Shown here in pieces: positions 1 to 12,762 of a stretch of 64,000 nucleotides of DNA. Source of the stretch: an uncultured Nitrososphaeraceae archaeon. Lineage in GTDB: Archaea > Thermoproteota > Nitrososphaeria > Nitrososphaerales > Nitrososphaeraceae. The stretch lies in assembly GCA_963765895.1 (NCBI GenBank), contig CAVXZB010000073.1, positions 1 to 64,000 on the forward strand, written 5' to 3'. The notes below the pieces were generated by a model, which saw only the letters and a list, made by a program, of their open reading frames with translations, was not told the origin of the DNA and made no database searches. The translations under genes and the position numbers were made by a program. Within the stretch, counting starts at the first letter, position 1. Every line of letters begins with the position of its first letter.

Positions 1-45
1 TGGCAATCGGTGGAATAGCCGGATTTTTGAGAGGTTGAAATCAAT

Positions 46-717
46 TTGAATCTTGGTATATTGGGGAATGTATTTGGGAAAATTTCGGTCCCAAAAAATA
101 ACTTCACTAAAAACTATTCAAAAAGACTGACAGATTATTTGATCCAATTTTTTGGATTTGATGACATAAAAGAGATATTTCAACTATCTATAAATGCAGA
201 CAAACCTGTTCATATTCTGCTAGGTGGACCTCCCGCATCTGCTAAATCGCTAGTTATGAATTGCCTTACCAAGCTGTAACGATCTTATTATGCAGTAGGT
301 AGCACCTCAACAAATTCAGGGATATTCGATTATTTGTTTGAACACCGACCTGCATACTTCATAATAGATGAGATTGGGAGGATTAGTAAAAGGGATCAAG
401 CTAGTTTACTTGGTCTAATGGAATCTGGCTTGCTATCTGAATTAAAGCACAGACAACAGAGAACGACCCTGTTAAAGACATGGGTTTTTGCTAGCTCTAA
501 TGACGCAGACAAATTGTTAACTCCACTAATAACAAGGTTTACAGTCATTCATCTCAAATCATACACTGAAGAGGAATTTGTAGAAATTGCTGTTAATGTG
601 TTCAATAGAGACGAAGGGACTGGGAATGATGTTGCTAAATTTATAGCCAAATTAGTATTCGATAAATTGAGCTCAAATACAGAGAATGTATTAGAATCGC
701 TAGATTGGAGACAATAA
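46..717 (+). pseudogene. AAA+ ATPase (MCM/RuvB-like, mobile-element type), split by a stop at 277-279
   Basis: Walker A ILLGGPPASAKS, Walker B IIDE and SRF-like motif LITRF; the two ORFs are in the same frame. Confidence 0.75.
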
Positions 718-1528
718 CATTGCAAATGCATCACGAGTTGTCTATATGCTAACCATATACGGTAATCGACGAGTAAAAGTAGGGATATGAAGATCTTGAC
801 ATAGTATTTACTTTAGTCTTAAAATGTTACTATATCCGCTTATCGGAGCGGATTCACCTTCTATTTCTCACAAGCTTGCATAGAGAGAATAAGATTTTAT
901 AAACCTAAAAATATAACCTTCTAATTAACTGCGAGGATATCGAATCGGAAATAAATACTTCTATAAGTCGGTAACTACATACTTGTTCCAACTCTTTTAT
1001 TCATCCATCAAAGAATCGTTCCGATGCGATTATTAGAATACTTCAAATGGGCAATATAGTTGGCACTTTTTCATGAACATGGTTAACTATGCATCAGGAG
1101 ATTATGGTATTGGAAATACATTATCATTGAAATGCAAAATCTACGATAGAAAAACCTTATCAGACTCATAAATACTCCGCATGCTATTCACATAAAGCGA
1201 TAATGGGCAGATATCACTAGCTATCAAATTTTATGAATAAATTCCGTCTAAATTTCAGTCAATGGCACATAAAATTTATTTTTTATACTATCTTCTAATG
1301 GAAGTAATACGTGCTAACAATACGTATAGGTTATATATACGGGTATATAATCCGTGTTGGATTATAAATCATTCAGGGAGGCTAGGACATTTGTTAACAG
1401 GTACATTATTTTTGCTACATTGTCATATTGCATATATAGATAAACAATTTCACAAGGTAGGTTTTCTAAATTAGTATAATGGGTTTGGAATACTAACCTC
1501 TTTAATATAAGATGTGATCAATATAGGT

Positions 1529-1802
1529 ATGTCAAATAACTCTACTCAAAATATACCACAAGAAGCAACAAAACTCAAGAAGTTATCCAAAACGACACTA
1601 GATATATGGAAATGGAAGAATTCAAAGACTCCGATCATCATACAGGATATTTCTGTTATAATTGCATTTACTTTATGAAACAACAAATCATTGCGCCATA
1701 GTAACAGATGAAGGAGTAGATGTATACGATAAAAGCTCTGGCGAAATAGCATCACATGGAATATGTGCACTATGGGAGCCAAATAAAGCAGAGATGCGTT
1801 AA
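1529..1802 (+). pseudogene. small HiPIP-like 4-Cys Fe-S protein, frameshifted
   Basis: Manual translation across indels: GYFCYNCIYFMK..HCAIV...IASHGICALWEP; absent from the ORF track. Confidence 0.6.
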
Positions 1803-1838
1803 GCAAGGGACAGTAAATCACATATCAAGTGCAAGAAT

Positions 1839-2907
1839 TTGAGTAATAATAATAAGAATAACACTATAGGGTATTGGGCATCTCAGGAACAATACTCAAT
1901 GCACGATTTGCTCAACTTTGTGTTTGAGGCTGAAAGGGGCGGCTTCAGCAGCTGTTTGACAAGTGACCATTTCCATCCTTGGTGGCATGACAATGGATAT
2001 GGAAATTTTACTTGGATTTGGATGGCTCCTCCTCCTGAGCATACTAAGAAGATGCAATTTACAACAGGAGTTACATCTGCTGTTTATCGCTACAATCCTG
2101 TTATCATTGCTCAAGCATTTGCATCTCTTGATGTACTTTATCCTGGTAGGATAGGCCTTGGTATAGGTTCTGGGGAAGCTATGAATGAAGTTCCCGCAGG
2201 TTTTGATTGGCCATCAGCTGATATTAGACTTGCGAGGACTACTGAATCTATTAGAATCATAAGCAGATTATGGAAGCAGGGAAGAACAACTACACTAAAA
2301 GGAGAAGATAATAACGAAAGATCATAATGGATTTGTAGAATTTTATGGCAACTACTTTAAAGTTAAAAACGCAAAATTATACACACCACCCACAGGAAAA
2401 ATACCATTATACATGGCAGCAATAGGAGAACAAGCAATAGAAACTGCTCCAAAATATACGGATGGTTTAATTACGTTGGCAAAACCAGATAAAGCAAATG
2501 AAACATTTGGGATATTCGATAAATCTGCAATTAAGGAAGGAAAAAATACTGGCTCTTTGAAGAAAATAGCAAAACCAAAAATATCATATTCTGAGGATTA
2601 TGATAAAGCTCTAAAGGTCACAGAATTTTGGAGAGCCTCTCTTCTAGAAGACGCATTTAATCTAGACATAAGTGATCCAAGGAAACTCGAGCAAAAGGCA
2701 AAAGATGAAGTATCAGATGAAAAGTTAAGACAATCAACTCTAATAGTTACGTCAATAGAAGATTGTATTAAGCCATTAGAAGAATACTTCAACGCAGGTT
2801 ATACAACGCTTTATCCTCATAGCACTAGTCCAGATGAAATAAAGTTTATCCAGGATTTCGGCAAAAGAGTATTGCCTTATTTCAATGATCAAAACCCGGT
2901 CAATTGA
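1839..2907 (+). CDS. F420-dependent LLM oxidoreductase (G6PDH-like), frameshifted near 2320
   Basis: SDHFHPW, GRIGLGIGSGEAMNE and LYTPP..KIPLYMAA motifs. Confidence 0.85.
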
Positions 2908-3022
2908 GGTAAGGACGATATAATCTAGTGTTTCAGAATCACTTCGGAACAGCATATGATTTCATAAATCCTAAACCATGTTGACTTATCATTGCAACAG
3001 TTAATTTACATATTATTAATCA

Positions 3023-3403
3023 ATGACAATAATGGGGAGAAGTAGAAGGAAAACTCAAGACCAAGGAAGTTTTAAACGTGCAAAAGATAAGAAGAGCAGG
3101 AAGATTGTCCCATCAAAGATAAGCAGGTTTGCTAGTGGTTTTGCAATTCCTAATGACGCTAAAAGCAAATGTCCTAAATGCTCGTCGGATATGATACGAC
3201 ATCCTTCTTTAGTATCAATGCCTTTGAGTTCATCACCCGATGATACGAATAACGTAGGAAAGATAAACATAGAAATCAGGACGCAAATTTTGTCTTTAAA
3301 TTCAGCTCTTGCAAAACCTGTGGATATAGCGAGTTCTGTCTACATAATAAGAAAAGTGGGACCAGAGTCTAGCCTTTACTACAACTATAGACAATGGCCA
3401 TAA
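3023..3403 (+). CDS. hypothetical basic protein with CxxC
   Basis: 126-aa ORF with KCPKCSS. Confidence 0.35.
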   Translation: MTIMGRSRRKTQDQGSFKRAKDKKSRKIVPSKISRFASGFAIPNDAKSKCPKCSSDMIRHPSLVSMPLSSSPDDTNNVGKINIEIRTQILSLNSALAKPVDIASSVYIIRKVGPESSLYYNYRQWP

Positions 3404-3922
3404 CTATCCTAAGAGTTAAGTGAATGAAGTGTATTAATAACGTACGTAATAGCACTGACAAATAAGGAGACAATGCTGAAGTCCCAAATAACCTAAAGGA
3501 GGAGAAAGAGGAAAGAGGAAAGAATGTGCAGTTATAGCGAATTCCTTAAGTTAGAAGATAAAGAAAAAGAAAAGACCAAAATATATCCACAGTAGACCAA
3601 CCATATCCAGCAATACAAGAAGTGATACTCGGCTGGGAAGGGTCTGTTGATGGGGTTAATGAAAATATTAGAGCCGAGAAAAGACATTAACCCGAAATCT
3701 AGAGAGTTAGTTCACGTTGTATTTTCTGACTTTGTACCTGACCGTACTAGATTGTGAATTGACTACATATCGATAGTCACTATCTCTTTACAACCCCTCT
3801 TGATATTAGCAACGACTTCTCCCTTCACTTCGTGTAGGTTGTCAGTTGCCGTCATATCTACCCCTGATATTTAACTTAATCTACCGTTAAGACGGCATAC
3901 TTATATATCGTTAATACGGTAA

Positions 3923-4168
3923 ATGAATATGGGATTAGAGAGTACAGTAGGTGTCGCTAAAGTCGGCACTAATTCGTTAAGGACTACAGTCCCAGAAGGA
4001 ATAACCGAGTTCTTGGATATTAAAGCAGGTGACAAATTGGAATGGAAAATGGATACGCATAATAATGAACGTACTGCGATTGTCACAAAGAAACCTGTTC
4101 ATATGGGTTCGGTAGAACTTGCTGGTTACAGTATGAAACAGAAACGAAAATCTGCAAGTGATTTTTAA
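3923..4168 (+). CDS. AbrB/MazE/SpoVT-family DNA-binding protein
   Basis: SLRTTVPEGITEFLDIKAGDKLEW signature. Confidence 0.8.
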   Translation: MNMGLESTVGVAKVGTNSLRTTVPEGITEFLDIKAGDKLEWKMDTHNNERTAIVTKKPVHMGSVELAGYSMKQKRKSASDF

Positions 4169-5264
4169 TATGGTCGAATCTGATGAATTTGATAAAGAAC
4201 TTATTAAGCGAACTGAAAGAGTTGGAAAGACGATTAAAGAATGTAGCGAAAGGATAGAATCAGAATTAAAATATTCACTTTCAATCGAATGATAGAGAAA
4301 GTCTTGCTCTCTTAACTCATGTTTCATTAAACGGGCTATCTGAATTATACGAACTGTCTGCATTCAATATGACATTATTCAATGAGATTGTCCACGTCAT
4401 AGATAAACTGCCTGAACAATTTAAAGCGTCAAAAGAACAGTTTATGCAAGCCGTTATACTAAACAAGAAACAAAAAGATTTTGTGAATTGGGGTACACGA
4501 TATACCGAGAAGATTTAGCGAAGGATTTGGAAAAAATTAAGGGTGAGAAATCATAAACGATTTTAAGGCCATTGATAAAATAATGATTTGTATATCATAA
4601 GTTAACCATTTTCAGCAGTCAGAATATATCTATCTCTGGGGTGTCTTGGATTAGGGTGTCTGAAAGCGACACAACGATCCAACGTCTCAATAGATGAGGA
4701 AGTTAAACTTACGCTATAAACAATTAAATTTTTAGATTCCATGTTATTAACATGCATTATCATACTTGTAGAATGAATGTAGAGAAGTTATATAGTACAA
4801 TATTCTATAGTATGAGATGATAGACGCTAAGACAGTGTGTTCGTGTTCCTGTTGTCTTTTTTTCCTCAATTAAATGAGAGGGCATCCTTTATCAAAGAGC
4901 AATCACTCTTGAGGAGGATGCAGTGGATATTGTAAGTATCCTTCAAACTCGCATAGAAATTGACCAAGACAGAAATAGGTATAACTATAACAACAGTGAT
5001 AGCACTTATGAGAATTCCTGCAAACAAGCAATCTATTTCTTAATATGCGGCTCTTTTTGACTGGTGTGCCTCTTGTATCGGGTTGAATGCACCCCTCAGA
5101 TGTCCTTCTTGTGATAATAGTAAAGTAGAAAGGATACCGATCGCCGATGGCGAAATTCAAAGATTTGATGTGATCGTAAGCCATGATATTAGTCGAATTC
5201 TTTTTGATTCATAGGATGGAATTACGCAAAATAAGGATAATAGGGAGGTGAGAAACACAACTAA

Positions 5265-5519
5265 ATGAATATCATAGAGTCAGAGTCTCCTCTTACAATG
5301 GTTGCAAAAACATGTGGATGTGCTCAAATAAATAGACGTAAAATTACATACGCACTTATCGACTCTTACCATAGCCTTTGTCTAGACAAGAAAGACATTA
5401 TAGAGTCTGAATTAATCGCATGTGAAAGGCTGTTAAAGTACACCTCAGAGGAGAACGATAGACAGATCATAGAAAAAGAAATAGCAGATCTGAAGATGAC
5501 GTTGGATCTTCTGTCTTAA
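5265..5519 (+). CDS. conserved hypothetical protein (Nitrososphaeraceae type)
   Basis: Intact 84-aa ORF with upstream GGAGGTG and motif VAKTCGC. Confidence 0.7.
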   Translation: MNIIESESPLTMVAKTCGCAQINRRKITYALIDSYHSLCLDKKDIIESELIACERLLKYTSEENDRQIIEKEIADLKMTLDLLS

Positions 5520-5544
5520 ATGGAGATGGATTACTACTCAACAA

Positions 5545-6350
5545 CTATGCTGGTTTGATTCGGGTTCGGTGGGATGCAATACACAGGTGTATGTAATCCT
5601 CTTTTTTACTCAGGTTTTCGATCAGAGTACTCCGGCGTAGACGGGGCATCAGATCGGGACTCGGCTGTCCAAGTTCAAACGAAAGGACGGATGGCCGCTT
5701 TGCTGGCGCTGTAAACGATAGTGCCAGCAAATCCTTTCAAGCCGGCAATAGAACTATTTAGAATGATTGAACCGCCATCTTTCATAGGTGACAGAGTCTT
5801 TTGAACGGTAAACAAGGTACCGCGAACGTTGACGTTGAACATATAGTCAGCCCTTCTCGGTAATTGAGCCAAGTGGCTTACTGAGCTCGCCAACGTCGGC
5901 GCTCAGACGAGCAATTTATTCATGACAGAGTAAAATTATGAAATCAAATAGAGGATGCATTAAGCAAAAGTCCCCCGCAATAAGGACAATTTTCAATCAA
6001 GTCCATATTCAATCTTTCATTATCGGTGAGCGCATGACAGTGTTGGCATTCTATTATCAATTTTATGTACCATTCTTCTATAGAAGACTCTGATATATAT
6101 AGCCCTTTTAATTGTGCATTATTCGTTATACACTAGCACAAGGGCGTGGTATAGTAAACCGTGCTAGCATAGATGCCGTCGATGCGATCCTTATCCTTTT
6201 TGACCATCTCGAACAGAGGATCAAGGACGGTAAGACTGCCGGCATGCCCGCACCAATGACGTTCTTGCTGATTTCTTTGATTGCTTAGTCGATCTTCTGT
6301 TGACTGCGGCCAGTGATGAAGACGTAAGCACCTATCCTTGGACGAATAAT
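5545..6350 (-). pseudogene. decayed SDR oxidoreductase, paralogue of 18604-19340, interrupted by about 230 bp of AT-rich DNA
   Basis: NVRGTLFTVQK..MKDGGSIILNSS..YSASKAA at 5675-5893; N-terminal part (YVFITGRS, LFEMVKK) at 6150-6345. Confidence 0.8.
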
Positions 6351-6458
6351 TTAGCAAGGACCATCCAGTTCAAAATAGTATTTAGTGATTACAACCATAA
6401 TAAATTTAGTGTATCTATATATATCCATACTAACTTTCTTAGTTGCTGAACAATAACA

Positions 6459-6754
6459 ATGCCAAATTATATCATATTGGTGAACTCGACAAATAAGGGA
6501 TAAAGAATGTTAAAGATACTGTAAAACGAGCTAAATCTTTTGGAAGTGCATTAGAAAAAGTAGGTTGTAAATCTCTCGGCTTCTATTATACGATTGGAAG
6601 ATATGATATGGTATCGGTAATCGAGGCTCCAAATGATGAGGCAGTAGCATCAGTGTTATTCAGGTAACAGGAAGGCGAGGCAATATACGTCCTGAAACAC
6701 TCAAAGCATTTTCAACGGCTGAAGCGAGCTAACGTAATTGAAAAGCTATCTTAA
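6459..6754 (+). pseudogene. GYD-domain protein, frameshifted
   Basis: IKNVKDTVKRA...FYYTIGRYDMVSVIEAPNDE...ETLKAF by manual translation. Confidence 0.75.
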
Positions 6755-7089
6755 TAGATAATTGTAATACATATTGACACATTAGACAAAACCTTGCTCC
6801 TCGTCCTGCCAAGATCGTGGCGCTTTATTAACAGGTATCGGAACCCGCATACCCACAGGCTTAAATGACATAATAACTTCGATTATATACGCTGGTGTAT
6901 TACATCCCGCCGAACTCGCCATAAATTTATAATTGTTAAAGTTATGGTATATAAGAATAGAAATTATAAACGCTAACTTATTGGCTCTGGAGGCAATGAT
7001 TATTACTATTAATTTATACCTGAAATCGTATCAACTGGCTTGGATTGAATGCATAGTAATTTAGTTCCATAATTATAGTAACATTAAGA

Positions 7090-7521
7090 TCGCTAGAATT
7101 CTTTTGTCTTACTAAAACAGATCTCGAGATGATGTTGAAGATGTTATTATCCGATTTGTGTTATCGTAAAAAGAAAGAATTGTGAGAAAGGAGATAACTG
7201 CAGGTACATTTGGAAATTACGTTAAAGCGATCAAGTTATTCTGTAGGATGACTCGTATTCAGATAAATTAGGATTATAGCACACTATCTTCGGAAGGTGA
7301 AACAGTATTCTAACGATAGGATACCTAGCGTCGAAGAGATAAGAAAACTGATCCAATATCCTAAATCGGGGGATCAAGCTAATTATATTATTGTCAGTAT
7401 CGACAGGAATAAGGGTTGGGTTATTAACTATATGAATGGAAGCATATCAAGCCAATAAATGATAAGAAAGGCGACATTATTAGGGGCCAAACTGATCGTA
7501 TACTCAGACGAGCCTGAGTGG
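7090..7521 (+). pseudogene. truncated tyrosine integrase relic
   Basis: NYVKAIKLFC..DRIPSVEEIRKLIQYP..STGIRVG..WKHIKPI..AKLIVY with stops and indels; ends before the HxxR/Y region. Confidence 0.7.
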
Positions 7522-7616
7522 TGGGGGCTTTGTTCTGATCGACCGTAGAGCCACAGTTATATTATATTGATAGTCATATTATTATCTAATTATGACATTC
7601 TATATTTGGTTAGCAT

Positions 7617-8895
7617 ATGACTGATATTAGTGAACATAAGAAAAGTCAATCCATAATTGACAGGCATAAAGGTTTGTCAGGCAGAATCATCTATCAACCA
7701 CGGCCAAGAGCTCAATCAATTGATTTAGTTCAACAAAGGTTCAAAAACAACACGGTAATCAAAAATTTCAGAATTTGCCATCACCATCAGGATCCCCACC
7801 CTATCATCTCAAACTAGATAACATTTTATCGACAGAAATCATGGATAAAATTTGGAATACTGGTAGAATCATATTTCATACTGTTGGAGATACCGGAGGA
7901 ATTGGATTCGAGGTACCTCAGCATATTGTGGAAATGCATATGGAAAGCGATTTTGATGCAACCAATTTTCAATCAAGCCCTTCATTTTTTTATCATTTAG
8001 GAGATGTGGTGTACTGACTATGGTGAGGCAGACAATTACTCTGAGCAATTTTATCGACCTTACACTCATTATCCCGCATCGATCTTTGCTATACCCGGTA
8101 ATCATGATGGTGACGTAAATTATAGAACTCCTGAAAATATTCGTCCCACATCGTTAGAAGCATTTGTTAATAATTTTTGCAACAAGACTCCCACAATCAC
8201 TCCTGAAGCAGCTGATGTTGATAGAGATGCCATGACTCAGCCAAATGTTTATTGGACACTGGAAACGCCTTTTGTAAATATTATTGGTCTATATTCTAAC
8301 GTTCCTGAAGGTGGAGGAATAAATCAAGAACAATTTGATTGGTTTGTCAATGCAGCTTGGTTCTGCACCTATTGACAAAGCACTAATAGTAGCAGTGCAT
8401 CATCCGGCATACTCCCTGGATAATTTCACTTCTGGAAGTGTGGCAATTAAGGATAATCTTGAAAATGCATTTAACAAATCTGGCCGAATGGCAGACATGG
8501 TTCTTTCTGGACATGTTCATAACTATCAACGATTCACTTACGAAGCAAATGGTCATCAAGTCCCATATATTGTAGCCGGTGCTGGCGGTTATCCTAATTT
8601 GACTTGTATGGAGCGTACTAGTGGTTTGCCTAATTTACAATGTACCTGAACAAGAACCCGATGACAGACTAGACGTTCCAACAAATTTGCCAAGCTATAA
8701 CCTGACATTGGAAAACTATTGTGATAATCGTCATGGATTTCTGCATATTGAAGTAACATCTAATCTTATTAAAGGAGGATACTATACATAACACACGGCC
8801 TCAAGAATCATGGAATGCCTCATCCCAAAGAGTAGATAATTTTGAGTCTGATATAAAGACACACAAGTTAACTAAAAAGTACAATTTCAAGATAA
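7617..8895 (+). CDS. calcineurin-like metallophosphoesterase, multiply frameshifted
   Basis: GDTG, LGDVVY, PGNHD, HHP and SGHVHNYQRF motifs. Confidence 0.85.
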
Positions 8896-9367
8896 TATAC
8901 TTCTTACATCCAGAGTCTATCGGCTCTATAGCCGGCTCTTATGATGATCCAACTATACCTTATGTGCTGTTCCCAGACCATGATTAAGATCAAAGCCCAG
9001 GTTATCCTATCATTACTAAAAAGCAAAGGATACTGTACTACGCTTGCATATTATCTAACTACTTCCCATTGTGTGGGGTTTGGTCGTGTGCAGTTTTCCA
9101 CAAGAGATACTTCTGTGATAAAACAGGAACGATTTAAAATATGTATAAAATAAAATGGATAACCTCCAGGATAGAGAATACGGAATGCCATTGTCCACGT
9201 CAAAAATCAGAGAATAGAGTAGCCGGCTTACCGAAATCGAAATCTAACAAGACAGTCAAAGCCGGCGAATATACCAAGAAATACTTCTTACACAAGGGCC
9301 CACCAACTGTGATCGGAGCCTTTGTAAATAAGACACAAAAAATGCCGGAGATTTTTGTCTAATTATA

Positions 9368-9556
9368 CTATAGATCTTGGATCAGACTAGGTCGACGTCC
9401 AGGTGTAAATATAAAATCCCGCAATCTTTGGATTCTTTGTTGTGATAGTATTCCATTGGCAAATACTAAAGCATTACACGTATTGCACCTTAGCATAATA
9501 CGTCTAGTCTTGGTAGGCTTGAGCACAGACATAGAATTACAGAACAAGCAATACAC
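9368..9556 (-). CDS. small Zn-ribbon protein, module copy 1 (intact)
   Basis: CLFC-x17-CNTC; homologues at 28359-28524 and 34524-34694. Confidence 0.75.
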   Translation of the reverse strand: MYCLFCNSMSVLKPTKTRRIMLRCNTCNALVFANGILSQQRIQRLRDFIFTPGRRPSLIQDL

Positions 9557-9615
9557 ATATCGTTCCCATAGGTTGATAACAGATAATTTACTAATGTACA
9601 GTATATCATACCTAG

Positions 9616-9635
9616 GCTATATATAGCGCCAAGAG
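9616..9635. promoter_or_regulatory. conserved GCTATATATAGCGCCAAGAG site, copy 1 (palindromic TATA-like)
   Basis: Same motif at 18143, 28587 and 34443, each about 60 bp upstream of the Zn-ribbon start. Confidence 0.65.
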
Positions 9636-10085
9636 AATTTCGCCAGACAGTTTGGTTTGTTCGCCGGTTTTTCGACTGCATTATAAAATCTTCGCCGGCA
9701 GACCGGTTTACTACATGATAGCACAAATGGCCTGCGAGAATACGCTATGCAAAATGGATGCAAAAACATATGTGCGAATATCTTGATAGAACAGGTAAGA
9801 TTCTGTCTAAAGACATGGCAAGAGAAAAAATCCGGCGAGCAGTATAAGATAGAAAAACTAAAGAAAAGGAAAATGAGACATGAAGTTAACGCCGGCGTCA
9901 TCGAATTATATTCAAAGTCATATTTAATATTCCAACTCGATTTTCGCCGGCTAGATAATCATCCCGCTTCAACAGTACTCTTCAATATCTCACTAGTCAT
10001 AGGAATGATTATGTAGCAGAGAAAAAGATATTCTTATTTCTAAAAATACTACTATTTTATTTTTCTATTTGTACAAGTCTAGATT

Positions 10086-10286
10086 CTACTGTCCTTCGTC
10101 ATTATTCGGAGTTCCCATATCGTCACAGGGTAGTATATGAAATCTAGTCTCATCTTGAGGCAGATATTTGTCTGAGCAATGCCTTTTTTCGCTTTCGTTT
10201 GCGTACACTGTGTTACCATGTGTCAGAACGCCCAACAGTACCAAGCCTGCGAGGATAACCACACTTACCGAGACGATTTTGTTCAT
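10086..10286 (-). CDS. small secreted protein, CxDKYLPQ family
   Basis: Signal peptide from MNKIV; motif shared with 31219-31443. Confidence 0.6.
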   Translation of the reverse strand: MNKIVSVSVVILAGLVLLGVLTHGNTVYANESEKRHCSDKYLPQDETRFHILPCDDMGTPNNDEGQ

Positions 10287-10439
10287 AATATGTGAAACAC
10301 TTTTCGTAAACAAAAGGTTTCTAAACTTTATTTCCAAATAAACTACTATTTTATTTTTCTGCCTCATTCCGAGTTCTACTCTTTGTGATCTTGGTTTGGT
10401 ATTGGTTCATGTTTATGGCGACTATTAATCCCAGGATGC

Positions 10440-10720
10440 GCCAGTAGTTATGCGAACTATCCTTGGATCTATCCACATTATAAGCTCAATAAATGTTAGT
10501 AATCTGATGGCTGGCAGGTTCTTCACTGCATTGCCAGAAAGCCGGCAAAATGCGGCTGTATGGTGCTACAGGATTCTCAAAGAAGCATACCAAAATGTAT
10601 CTTGAACCACATAACAATAAGGAACAGATAATGGAGTGGAGTGCGTTAACACTTTGGTTCTACCAAGCAACCTAGAGGCATGAGAAGTGGCTAATCAAAG
10701 TTTGGCTACACACCATCCTT
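10440..10720. repeat. dispersed repeat R1, partial copy
   Basis: Aligns with 15245-15620 and 23185-23490 (CACxxxATTGyCAGrAAGCCGGC, GTGGAGTGyGTTAACA). Confidence 0.75.
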
Positions 10721-11342
10721 GGAGGAAGGCAAATCTGCCTAAGGCGAGTGAGCCGGCGGAAAAACATTGTGGATTCCTAGGACTACTATGCCTCGTAGAT
10801 AAATTGCAAAGTCTCTTCGGCAGCTCTACAGTAAATCCATCTCTAGGAGTAAAAGTATCTAATATCGGTGGGATAGATTAAATGAAAAAGGAAAATTAGT
10901 TACGGGCAGTCAAATGTTGCTTAATCTGCGTCACTTCCTGTATTTGGCGCTTTGTCACACCAACCCTTTATGTAGTTCTTGTTAAACTCTGGTGAGTGAT
11001 CATTAAAGCCCTTACCAGGCTTTGTTATGTATAGGTGACAGTTATCTGGATCAGTCCAATTAGCTTAAAATTAGTTCGTTTTAGCAGGACTATGTCTAAC
11101 AATGGATTCATCTGGCAAATGATTTAGTCTTTCGTTCCTCTTTAGTAGTTATATTCCAGTTTATTATTCGCTATTCTGATTTATTCAGTTAAACAGTAAG
11201 GATAGTAAAGTCATTACCGTTCAAATTATAAAGTACTTCATTTGATTTGGCTTGATTTCGACAATATGACCAATTAGAAATTCTCTCTGTAGTATCCTTT
11301 AGCCAAGTGAGTTTATATTATTTCAATCAGCTACTATAATAA

Positions 11343-12628
11343 ATGGTCAACCGAGCAAAATCATTTAAGAGAAGAACTTTAGTGACTGTGGTTATCGCAT
11401 CGTTGGCCATCATAATTCCAGTCATATATTTGATTCATAACTCTTCTACTGCTTCGGCAGCTCCTTCTATAACCAAAAGTGCAAAGCTGAAAGTTGAGAC
11501 TCTAGCTAAGGGTCTTTCCTCCCCCTACCAGCATGGCATTTATTGATACTAACAACATACTGGTCTTAGAGAAAGGTGGGCAAGGACGTCTCGTGTCAAA
11601 TGGAGTACTAGAGGATAAGCCAGTCTTGCAAGTATCCGTTGATACAGAAAGTGAACGTGGTCTGCTTGGAATTGCTATTATGAATGATACAAAGACTAAA
11701 GTTGCTAATAACAGCAAGTTTGTATACCTGTACTATACTGAATCGAAAGGTGGAGATCTTAGAAATAGGATTTACAGATATGAATGGAATGGACAAAACC
11801 AAAAACTTGTCAACCCTACTCTGATATTAGACCTTCCCGCTCTTCCAGGTCCTAATCATGATGGAGGGAAACTAGTTATTGGTCCAGACCATTATCTTTA
11901 TGCAGTAATAGGAGACCTTAACCACAGAGGTAAGCTTCAGAATATTAATGATGGACCTGATCCTGATGATACTTCAGTTATATTCAGAGTTAATCCTAAC
12001 GATGGTTCAGCTGTCAAGGACAATCCATTCATAAAGGACGCTAATATTGCAATACACAAATACTATGCCTATGGAATACGAAATGGCTTTGGAATTACGT
12101 TTGATCCCATAACTGGTAATTTGTGGCAGACAGAAAACGGGCCTGATGTATATGATGAAATTAATGTAGTAAAACCAGGCTTTAATAGTGGGTGGACCCA
12201 AGTTATAGGACCTCTTTCAGGAAATACAGGTTTTAAGATGGGCCAATTGGTTAATTTTCCACGCTCTCATTATGCGGATCCTGTATTTAGCTGGAAAAAT
12301 CCTGTTGCAGTTACAGATGTAGAATTTATGAAATCATCAGTGCTGGGAGAGAAATACAAAAATAATATTTTTGTTGGTGATTATAATAACGGTAATTTAT
12401 ATTATTTTGAAGTCAACAGGTACCAGAACAGGAATAAATCTTGATATCAACCAAAAGAAGATTGGATTGTCTGGTTTGGTAGTAGACAATGATAACCAAC
12501 AATCTGCAGTAACATTTGGTACTGGTTTTGGTGGAATTAGTGATATAAAGATCGGACCAACAGATGGCTTTCTATATGTTTTATCAATCAATGATGGAAT
12601 AATCTACAAAGTTATACCAAGTCTGTAA
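11343..12628 (+). CDS. PQQ-dependent sugar (GSDH/aldose) dehydrogenase, frameshifted
   Basis: ERGLLGIA, NHDGG, YAYGIRN and DEIN motifs; N-terminal membrane anchor. Confidence 0.9.
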
Positions 12629-12762
12629 TAAGCTGCAAGGTGAGTTGATAGTTGGTTTTTCCAATAGTACTAGTAGTAGTTAACTAGTGTAGAGGAGCAT
12701 TCAGATATACATGGCAAGATCCGCGAAACCTATAACTGACATGTGCAGCATAGAATAGTGTC

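Noticed and set aside
3700-3860. HicB-like antitoxin fragment next to the AbrB gene
   Set aside because: Similarity is limited to a few residues and no toxin partner is recognisable
6831-6865. tRNA-like fragment GGTATCGGAACCCGCATACC
   Set aside because: No cloverleaf can be built
7527-7552. Mini-element with IS-like ends GGCTTTG...TAGAGCC at the integrase truncation
   Set aside because: Too short, imperfect and without a TSD
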